In this document: positions 1 to 13,480 of the stretch, in pieces | Layout of the letters: the number at the start of each line of letters is the position of its first letter | How positions within the stretch are numbered: the stretch's first letter is position 1 | Assembly: GCF_009914755.1 (NCBI RefSeq) | Contig: NC_060930.1 | Source: the human T2T-CHM13v2.0 reference genome, Homo sapiens | Reading direction: 5' to 3' (one strand) | Length of the DNA: 64,000 nt | Translations under genes and position numbers: made by a program | The notes under the pieces: generated by a model | The model's database searches: none | Told to the model about the DNA's origin: nothing | The model's input: only the letters and a program-made list of their open reading frames with translations

Positions 1-623
1 TCCGCTATTGCTGAGGCTTGAGTAGTCTCAGCGGCTGTGAATAAGTGCCCACCTCATGTGCAGAGACACACAAAGTGGCCGGGAAGCTCGAACTGCATGG
101 AGCCCATTGCAGCTCAAGGAGGCCTCCCTGCCTCTGTAGACTCCACCTCTGGGGGCAGGGCATAGCTGAAAAAAAGGCAGCAGAAACTTCTGCAGACTTA
201 AGCATCCCTGTCTGACAGCTTTGAAGAGAGTAGTGGTTTTCCCAGCACAGAGTTTGAGATCTGAGAATGGACAGACTGCCTCCTCAAGTGGGTCCCTGAC
301 CCCTGAGTAGCCTAACTGGGAGACACCTCCCAGTAGGGGCCGACTGACACCTCATACAGCAGGGTGCCCCTCTGAGATGAAGCTTCCAGAGGAAGGATCA
401 GGTAGCAACATCTGCCGTTCTGCAATATTTACCATTCTGCAGTCTCCACTGGTGATACCCAGGCAAACAGGGTCTAGAGTGGACCTCCAGCAAACTCCAA
501 CAGACCTACAGCTGAGGGTCCTGACTGTTAGAAGGAAAACTAACAAACAGAAAGGACATCCACACCAAAACCCCATCTGTACATCACCATCATCAAAGAC
601 GAAAAGTAAATAAAACCACAAAG

Positions 624-1649
624 ATAGGGAGAAACCAGAGCAGAAAAGCTGAAAATTCTAAAAATCAGAGCACCTCTTCTCCTCCAAAGGAATGCAGCTC
701 CTCACCAGCAATGGAACAAAGCTGGATGGAGAATGACTTTGATGAGTTGAGAGAAGAAGGCTTCAGACGATCAGTAATAACAAACTTCTCCAAGCTAAAG
801 GAGGATGTTTGAACCCATTGCAAAGAAGCTAAAAACCTTCAAACAAGATTAGACGAATGGCTAACTAGAATAAACAGTGTAGAGAAGTCCTTAAATGACC
901 TCACAGAGCTGAAAACCATAGCACGAGAACTGTGTGACAAATGCACAAGCTTCAGTAGCCAATTTGATCAGGGGGGAGAAAGGGTATCAGTGATTGCAGA
1001 TCAAATGAATGAAATGAAGCAAGAAGAGAAGTTTAGAGAAAAAGGAGTAAAAAGAAACGAACAAAGCCTCCAAGAAATATGGGCCTATGTGAAAAGACTA
1101 AATCTACATCTGATTGGTCTACCTGAAAGTGACGGGGAGAATGGAACCAAGTTGGAAAACACTCTGCAGGATATTATCCAGGAGAAATTCCCCAACCTAG
1201 CAAGGCAGGCCAACATTTAAATTCAGAAAATACAGAGAAGGCCACAAAGATACTCCTCGAAAAGAGCAACTCCAAGACACATAACTGTCAGATTCACCAA
1301 AATTGAAATGAAGGAAAAAATGTTAAGGGCAGCCAAAGAGAAAGGTCGGGTTACCCACAAAGGGAAGCCCATCAGACTAACAGCAGATCTCTCAGCAGAA
1401 ACTCTACAAGCCAGAAGACAGTGGGGGCCAATATTCAACATTCTGAAAGAAAAGACTTTCCAACCCAGAATTTCATATCCAGCCAAACTACGCTTCATAA
1501 GTGAAGGAGAAATAAAATTATTTACAGACAAACAAATGCTGAGAGATTTTGTCACCACCAGGTCTGCCTTACAAGAGCTCCTGAAGGAAGCACTAAACAT
1601 GGAAAGGAACAGCAGATATCAGCCACTGCAAAAACATGCCAAATTCTAA
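624..1649 (+). pseudogene. L1 ORF1p remnant (start ATG>ATA, internal stops)
   Basis: ORF fragments 990-1220 and 1308-1649 are L1 ORF1p (KEKMLRAAKEKGRVTHKGKPIRLTADLS...YQPLQKHAK). 'aagataggg' at 621 has ATA in place of the start codon. Confidence 0.92.
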
Positions 1650-1712
1650 AGACCACCAATGCTAGGAAGAAACTGCATCAACTAATGAGCAAAATAACCA
1701 GCTAACATCATA

Positions 1713-5555
<3,843 letters not shown>

Positions 5556-5855
5556 AATGAGAACATTTGGACACACAGTGGGGAACATCACACACCAGGG
5601 CCTGTCGTGGGGTGGGGGGAGGGGGGAGGGATAGCATTAGGAGATATACCTAATGTAAATGACGAGTTAATGGGTGCAGCACATCAACATGGCACATGTA
5701 TACATATGTAACAAACCTGCAGGTTGTGCACATGTACCCTAGAACTTAAAGTATAAAAAAAAAGAATAAATTTAACTGAGATCCCTATGTTCTACTTGCC
5801 AACAAACACCCTCCAGGAAAAGAATTAGTCCTAAAATTAAAAATAAAAAAAAAAG

Positions 5856-6372
5856 GGCTACCCTCTTTGAGTCCCCTCCCTTTGTATGGGAGCTCTGTTT
5901 TCACTGTATTAAATCTTGCAACTGCACTCTCTTCTGGTCTGTGTTTGTGTCGGCTTGAGCTGAGCTTTCACTCGCTGTCCACTACTGCTGTCGCAGACCC
6001 GCCGCTGACTTCCATCCCTCCGGATCCTGCAGGGTGTCCGCTGTGCTCCTGATCCAGCGAGGTGCCCATTGCCGCTACTGATCAGGCTAAAGGCTTGCCA
6101 TTGTTCCTGCACTGCTAAGTGTCCGGGTTCGTCCTAATCAAGCTGAACACTAGTCACTGGGTTCCACAGTTCTCTTCTGTGACCCACGGCTTCTAATAGA
6201 GCTATAACACTCACCACATGGCCCAAGATTCCATTCCTTGGAATCCGTGAGACCAAGAACCCCAGGTCAGAGAACACGAGGCTTGCAACCATCTTGGAAG
6301 CAGCCCACCGCCATTTTGGAAGCAGCCAGCCACCACCTTGGGAGCTCTGTGAGCAAGGACCCCCTGGTAACA
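5856..6372 (+). repeat. LTR17 5' copy, R-U5 only (U3 absent)
   Basis: The first ~70 nt match 12913-12981 of the 3' LTR. No upstream U3 sequence. Confidence 0.9.
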
Positions 6373-6375
6373 TTT

Positions 6376-6393
6376 TGGTGACCATGAAGGGAC
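6376..6393 (+). other. Primer binding site TGGTGACCATGAAGGGAC (tRNA-Arg-like)
   Basis: Lies 3 nt after the LTR terminal CA and starts TGG. Confidence 0.75.
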
Positions 6394-7094
6394 CTCCAAA
6401 GTGGTAATACTGGACCACTTTCACTTGCTATTCTGTCCTATCCTTCCTTAGAATTGGAGGAAAATACCGGGCACCTGTCGGCCAGTTAAAAACCATTAGC
6501 ATGGCTTTTTAACCATGCTATATGCCTATGTCCAGACTTAGGACTCAGGTGTGAGGCTATCTGGGGAAGGGCTTTCTAACAACCCCCAACCCTTCTGGGT
6601 TGGGGACGTTGGTCTGCCTGGAGCCAGCTTCCACTTTCAATTTTCTTGGGGAAGCCAGGGGCCAACTAGAGGCAGAAAGCTGTCATCCCGAACTCCCGGC
6701 ATTAGCCAGTTGAGATCATGGTGCAGCCAGAAGTCTCTCCTCAACAGTTGCCCATGCATGCACCCCTACCTTTCCTTCTGACCCATACATCCTGGGTCCC
6801 AACCACGACGTTCTTGAAAGTGTAGCCCCAAAATTCTCCTTACCTCTGAATCTTCTTCCTCTGATCCCTGCCTCCTAGGTACTAATGGTTCAGACTTTCA
6901 TTTCCTCTGGCAAGTTGTAACTCCAAAGGGATCTAAGGAAGCTCTACGCTGTGTTCTTAGGCATCTAGGCTACAAACCCAGGAAGTGTTATCCCTGGTGT
7001 CCCACCCGATTTAAGTATACAGCTCTCGACATGGGCAGTTATGTTGGACCCGTTCCCCACCACCCTTGCCAGGGCCCCAAATTTGTAATGGCTA

Positions 7095-7215
7095 AGAGAA
7101 GGCGAGAGATGGAGGAGAGAGAGAGACAGAGGAGGGAGAGAGAGAGAGAGATGGAGGAGAGAGAGAGAGAAAGAGGGAGTCAAAGAGAAAAAAACAGAGA
7201 AAGATAGAAATAGTA
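7095..7215 (+). repeat. (GA)-rich purine tract in the HERV-W pre-gag leader
   Basis: gagagatggaggagagagagag... repeats. An AG-rich leader stretch is typical of HERV-W. Confidence 0.85.
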
Positions 7216-8309
7216 AAAAACAGTGTGCCCTATTCCTTTAAAAGCCAGGGTAAATTTAAAACCTGTAATTGATAATTGAAGGTCTTCTCCATGACCCTAT
7301 AACACTCCAATACTACCTTGTTGTTAGTGTAAACAAGGGCGTAGCCTGAAAACACTGAGACCGCTAACAACCAGGAGCCTTCCCATCAAAATTCCTCAAC
7401 TCAGTGACCCGCAGATGGCCCAAATGCATACAGTCTGTAGCAGCAACTGCTTTGCTAACAGAAGAAAGTAGAAAAGTGACGTTTAGAGGAAACCTCATTG
7501 TGAGCACACCTAATCAGTTCAGAATTATTCTAAGTCAAAAAAGCAAAAAGGTAGCTTACTAACTCAAAAATCTTAAAGCATGTGGCTTTTCTGTTAGAAA
7601 AAGGTAATTTAACACCAACCACTGATAATCCCATTAACCCAGCAGATTTCCCAACAAAGGATTTAAATCTTAATTACCATACAAAGGTCCGACCAGATCT
7701 AGGAGGAACTCCCTTCAGGACAGGACAGTAGATGGTTCTTCCCTGGTGACTGAGGAAAAAACCACAATGGGCATTCAGTAATTGGTAGGGAGACTCTTGT
7801 GGAAGCAGAGTTAGAAAAATTGCTTAATAATTGGTCTCCTCAAACGTGCGAGCCGTTTGCACTCAGCCAAGCCTTAAAGTACTCACAGAATCAAAAAAGA
7901 CTATCTCAATCCTGACTCAAAAGGTTACCTACACCCTCTCTGAAATGAATTTGCATAAGAACTGTTGTTTATGGGAATGCATCTTGATGGGGAAGCTGGG
8001 TTGTTATGAAATACTCAGGAACCCAGCCCAGCTCTAGGACTCACCCCTGAGCACAAAGGCAATGTTGGGTACGCTGGTAAAGGACCACTAGAATCCAGCA
8101 GCCTGGACCCCTTTCTTTGTGGTCAAGAAAGGCAGGAAAAGGGTGCAAGACTGCTACTTCGGTGAGCATAACTAATCCGATAAGCCGAGGTCCATGGGTG
8201 GTTACGCACCCTGGAAAGGAATAAGCATTAGGACCACAGCGGACACTCTAAGATTAATGCACATCGGAAAATGACTAGGGGTGCTGGCATCCCTCAGTTC
8301 TTTTTTCAG

Positions 8310-9741
8310 ATAGGAAATGTTCCGCCCAAGGCAAAAATGCCCCTAAGATGTATTCTGGAGAATTGGGACCAATTTGACCCTCAGATGCTAAGAAAGAAAT
8401 GACTCATTTTCTTCTGCAGTACCGCCTGGCCACGATATCCTCTTCAAGGGGGAGAAACCTGGCCTCTGGAGGGAAGTATAAATTATAACACCATCTTACA
8501 GCTAGAACTCTTTTGTAAAAAAGAAGGCAACTGGAGTGAAGTGCCATATGTACAAACTTTCTTTTCATTAAGAGACAACTCGCAATTATGTAAAAAGTGT
8601 GATTTATGCCCTACAAGAAGCCTTCAGAGTCTACCTCCCTACCCCACCATCCCCCCAACTCCTCCCCCAACTAATAAGGACCCCCCTTGAACCCAAACGG
8701 TCCAAAAGGAGATAGACAAAGGGGTAAACAATGAATCAAAGGTGCCAATATTCCCCGATTATGCCCCCTCCAAGCAGTGAGAGGAGGAGAATTCATCCCA
8801 GCCAGAGTGCATGTACCTTTTTCTCTCTCGGACTTAAAGCAAATTAAAATAGACCTAGGTAAATCCTCAGATAACCCTGATGGCTATATTGATGTTTTAC
8901 AGGGGTTAGGACAATCCTTCGATCTGATATGGAGAGATATAATGTTACTGCTAAATCAGACGTTAACCCCAAATGAGAGAAGTGCCACCATAACTGCAGC
9001 CTGAGAGTTTGGCGATCTCTGGTATCTCAGTCAGGTCAATGATAGGATGATAACAGAGGAAAGAGAATGATTCCCCACAGGCCAGCAGGCAGTTCCCAGT
9101 GTAGACCCTCACTGGGACGCAGAATCAGAACATGGAGATTGGTGCTGCAGACATTTGCTAACTTGTGTGCTGGAAGGACTAAGGAAAACCAGGAAGAAGC
9201 CTACAAATTTTTCAATGATGTCCACTATAACACAGGGAAAGGAAGAAAATCCTACTGCTTTTCTGGAGAGACTAAGGGAGGCATTGAGGAAGCATACCTC
9301 TCTGTCACCTGACTCTATTGAAGGCCAACTAATCTTAAAGGATAAGTTTATCACTCAGTCAGCTGCAGACATTAGAAAAAAACTTCAAAAGTCCGCCTTA
9401 GGCCCAGAGCAAAACTTAGAAACCCTATTGAACTTGGCAACCTTGGTTTTTTATAATAGAGATCAGGAGGAGCAGGCGGAACAGGACAAACGGGATTTAA
9501 AAAGGCCACTGCTTTAGTCATGGCCCTCAGGCAAGTGGACTTTGGAGGCTCTGGAAAAGGAAAAGCTGGGAAAATCGAATGCCTAACAGGGCTTGCTTCC
9601 AGTGCGGTCTACAAGCACACGTTAAAAAAGATCATCCAAGTAGAAATAAGCTGCCTCCTCGTCCACCATTATGTCAAGGGAATCACTAGAAGGCCCACTG
9701 CCCCAGGGGATGAAGGTCCTCTGAGTCAGAAGCCACTAACC
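8310..9741 (+). pseudogene. HERV-W gag remnant
   Basis: Start mutated to ATA (8310). Capsid peptides HVPFSLSDLKQIKIDLG and major homology region ITQGKEENPTAFLERLREAL. Stops and frameshifts present. Confidence 0.88.
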
Positions 9742-9749
9742 AGATGATC

Positions 9750-12343
9750 CAGCAGCAGGACTGAGGGTACCGGGGCAAGCACCAGCCCATGCCATTACCC
9801 TCACAGAGCCTCGGGTATGCTTGACCATTGAGGGCCAGGAGGTTAACTGTCTCCTGGACACTGGCGCGGCCTTCTCAGTCTTACTCTCCTGTCCCGGACA
9901 ACTGTCCTCCAGATCTGTCACTCTCCGAGGGGTCCTAGGACAGCCAGTCATTAGATACTTCTCCCAGCCACTAAGTTGTGCCTGGGGAACTTTACTCTTT
10001 TCTCATGCTTTTCCAATTATGCCTGAAAGCTCCACTCCCTTGTTAGGGAAAGACATTCTAGCAAAAGCAGGGGCCATTATACACCTGAACATAGGAGAAG
10101 GAACACCCATTTGTTGTCCCTGCTTGAGGAAGGAATTAATCCTGAAGTCTGGGCAACAGAAGGACAATATGGACGAGCAAAGAATGCCCATCCTGTTCTA
10201 GTTAAACTAAAGGATTCCGCCTCCTTTCCCTACCAAAGGCAGTACTCCCTTAGACCTGAGGCCCAACAAGGACTCCAAAAGATTGTTAAGGACCTAAAAG
10301 CCCAAGGCCTAGTAAAACCATGCAATAGCCCCTGCAATACTCCAATTTTAGGAGTAGAGAAACCCAACAGACAGTGGAGGTTTGCACAAGAGCTCAGGAT
10401 TATCAATGAGGCCATTGTCCCTCTATACCCAGCTGTACCTAACCCTTATACTCTGCTTTCCCAAATACCAGAGGAAGCAGAGTGGTTTACAGTCCTGGAC
10501 CTTAAGAATGCCTTTTTCTGCATCCCTGTACATCCTGACTCTCAATTCTTGTTTGCCTTTGAAGATCCTTCAAACACAACCTGTCAACTCACCTGGACTG
10601 TTTTACCCCAAGGGTTCAGGGATAGCCCCCATCTATTTGGCCAGGCATTAGCCCAAGACTTGAGCCAATTCTCATACCTGGACACTCTTGTCCTTCAGTA
10701 CATGGATGATTTACTTTTAGTCGCCCGTTCAGAAACCTTGTGCCATCAAGCCACCCAAGAACTCTTAAATTTCCTCACTACCTGTGGCTACAAGGTTTCC
10801 AAACCAAAGGCTCGGCTCTGCTCACAGCAGATTAGATACTGAGGGCTAAAATTATCCAAAGGCACCAGGGCCCTCAGTGAGGAACGTATCCAGCCTATAC
10901 TGGCTTATCCTCATCCCAAAACCCTAAAGCAACTAAGAGGGTTCCTTGGCATAACAGGTTTCTGCCGAAAACAGATTCCCAGGTACAGCAAAATAGCCAG
11001 ACCATTATATACACTAATTAAGGAAACTCAGAAAGCCAATACCTATTTAGTAAGATGGACACCTAAACAGAAGTGGCTTTCCAGGCCCTAAAGAAGGCCC
11101 TAACCCAAGCCCCAGTGTTCAGCTTGCCAACAGGGCAAGATTTTTCTTTATATGCCACAGAAAAAACAGGAATCGCTCTAGGAGTCCTTACACAGGTCCG
11201 AGGGATGAGCTTGCAACCCATGGCATACCTGAATAAGGAAATTGATGTAGTGGCAAAGGGTTGGCCTCATTGTTTATGGGTAGTGGCGGCAGTAGCAGTA
11301 TTAGTGTCTGAAGCAGTTAAAATAATACAGGGAAGAGATCTTACTGTATGGACATCTCATGACGTGAATGACATACTCACTGCTAAAGAAGACTTGTGGC
11401 TGTCAGACAACTGTTTACTTAACTATCAGGCTCTATTACTTGAAGGGCCAGTACTGTTAACCCAGCCACATTTCTTCCAGACAATGAAGAAAAGATAGAA
11501 CATAACTGTCAACAAGTAATTCCTCAAACCTGTGCTGCTCGAGGGGACCTTTTAGAGGTTCCCTTGACTGATCCCGACCTCAACTTGTATACTGATGGAA
11601 GTTCCCTTGTAGAAAAAGGACTTCGAAAAGTGGGCTATGCGGTGGTCAGTGATAACAGAATACTTGAAAGTAATCCCCTCACTCCAGGAACTAGTGCTCA
11701 GCTGGCAGAACTAATAGCCCTCACTCGGGCACTAGAATTGGGAGAAGGAAAAAGGGTAAATATATATACAGACTCTAAGTATGCTTACCTAGTCCTCCAT
11801 GCCCACACAGCACTATGGAAAGAAAGGGAATTCCTAACTTCCGAGGAAACACCTTTCAAACATCAGGAAGCCATTAGGAGATTATTATTGGCTGTATAGA
11901 AACCTAAAGAGGTGGCAGTCTTACACTGCTGGGGTCATCAGAAAGGAAAGGAAAAGGAAATAGAAGGGAACCACCAAGCGGATATTAAAGCCAAAAGAGC
12001 CACAAGGCAGGACACTCCATTAGAAATGCTTATAGAAGGACCCCTAGTATGGGGTAATCCACTCCAGGAAACCAAGCCCCAGTACTCAGAAGAAGAAATA
12101 GAATGGGGAGCCTCACGAGGACATAGTTTCCTCCCCTCAGCATGGCTAGCCACCGAAGAAGGAAAAATACTTTTGCCTGCAGCTAACCAATGAAATTACT
12201 TAAAACCCTTCACCAAACCTTTCACTTAGGCATTAATAGCACCCATCAGGTGGCCAAATCATTATTTACTGGACCAGGCCTTGTCAAAACTATCAAGCAG
12301 ATAGTCAAGGCCTGTAAACTGTGCCAAAGAAATAATCCCCTGC
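9750..12343 (+). pseudogene. HERV-W pro-pol remnant (protease, RT, RNase H, integrase N-terminus only)
   Basis: LLDTGA (9851-9868), LPQGFRDSP and YMDD (10699-10710), YTDGSS/SAQLAEL RNase H, and an integrase HHCC zinc finger (H-QTF-H...C-KL-C) that is then cut off. Confidence 0.92.
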
Positions 12344-12365
12344 ACTGCAGGCCATTCATTTCAAT

Positions 12366-12599
12366 CCCTGTATCTTTAACCCCCTTGTTAAGTTTGTCTC
12401 TTCCAGAATCAAAGCTGTAAAACTACAAATCGTTCTTCAAATGGTGCCCCAGATGCAGTCCATGACTAAGATCTACCGTGGACCCCTGGACCGGCCTGCT
12501 AGCCCATGCTCTGATGTTAATGACATTGAAGGCACCCCTCCCGAGGAAATCTCAACTGCACCATCCCTACTATGCCCCAATTCAGCAGGAAGCAGTTAG
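12366..12599 (+). pseudogene. HERV-W env 3' remnant (end of TM and cytoplasmic tail)
   Basis: Stop-free frame PCIFNPLVKFVSSRIKAVKLQIVLQMVPQMQSMTKIYRGPLDRPASPCSDVNDIEGTPPEEISTAPSLLCPNSAGSS*, homologous to the syncytin-1 C-terminus. Confidence 0.9.
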
Positions 12600-12657
12600 A
12601 GCGGTTGTCGGCCAACCTCCCCAGCAGCACTTGGGTTTTCCTGTTGAGAGGGGGTAC

Positions 12658-12981
12658 TGAGAGACAGGACTAGCTGGATTTTCTAGGCTGACTAAGAATC
12701 CCTAAGCCTAGCTGGGAAGGTGATGGCTTCCACCTTTAAACACGGGGCCTGCAACTTAGCTCACATCCGACCAATCAGATAGTAAAGAGAGCTCACTAAA
12801 ATGCTAATTATGCAACAACATGAGGTAAAGAAATAGCCAATCATCTATTGCCTGAGAGCACAGCAGGAGGGACAATGATCAGGACATGAACCCAGGCATT
12901 TGAGCTAGCAAAGGCTACCCTCTTTGGGTCCCCTCCCTTTGTATGGGAGCTCTGTTTTCACTATTAGATCTTGCAACTGCA
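12658..12981 (+). repeat. LTR17 3' copy, U3-R only (U5 absent), followed by poly(A)
   Basis: TG start after PPT gagagggggtac, CCAAT boxes, ends caactgca followed by aaaataaataaataaataaaataaaaaa. Confidence 0.9.
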
Positions 12982-13324
12982 AAATAAATAAATAAATAAA
13001 ATAAAAAAGTGTCTGCTGAAGGTCTACCTGCTGTGTAAGAAAAGAAAACACAATATCGACAACATTCTTCCATTTGCATCATTATCGCTCATTTACTTCT
13101 AAAAGGATGGCCTCTGCTTGGAGGGAAAAAATGGGCAATTGAAGCAGAGTTAAAGCATCGTTAGGGCAATATGCCTCTGTCTTTTTAAAGCCTTGGGCTT
13201 GTGAGGCTCACTGGTAGGAGATAAAATGTGATGTGAGCACTCAGATACCCCCAAACACAGACAGGAACGACAAACACTGGCATTGAGTAAGTGCTCTAAC
13301 ACCCAAACTCAGGACCACGCCCTA

Positions 13325-13480
13325 CCTGTACATGTTACCTTATTTGGAAATAGGATCTTTCAGATTTAGCAAGATAAAGGAATACTGCACATGGGTGGGC
13401 CCTAAGCCAATGATTGGTGTCCTAATGAGAACAGAGAAATTTGAACACACTTGGGGCAGAATGCCAGGTGAACACACACA
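13325..13480 (+). mobile_element. MLT1 (MaLR LTR, MLT1B/C-like) fragment that grades into the minisatellite
   Basis: accttatttggaaatagg...gggtgggccctaa...tgattggtgtcctaatgagaacagagaaatttgaacac matches the MLT1 consensus as remembered. Confidence 0.7.

Larger units (their letters stand above)
5855..13008 (+). mobile_element. HERV-W (LTR17/HERV17) processed pseudogene: R-U5, leader, gag, pro, pol, deleted IN/env, U3-R, poly(A)
   Basis: Starts at R (ggctaccctcttt, 5856), U5 ends ...ggtaaca at 6372. The 3' LTR starts tgagagacaggactagctgg at 12658 after a PPT, ends at R ...caactgca (12981), then an (AAAT)n/A tail. gag, pro and pol peptides are HERV-W-like. Confidence 0.93.

Noticed and set aside
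5-205. Antisense L1 5'UTR ORF as ORF0
   Set aside because: True ORF0 (MAGAPPP…) starts further 5' at the site mutated to ATA near position 6-8. This ORF is a different, incidental frame.
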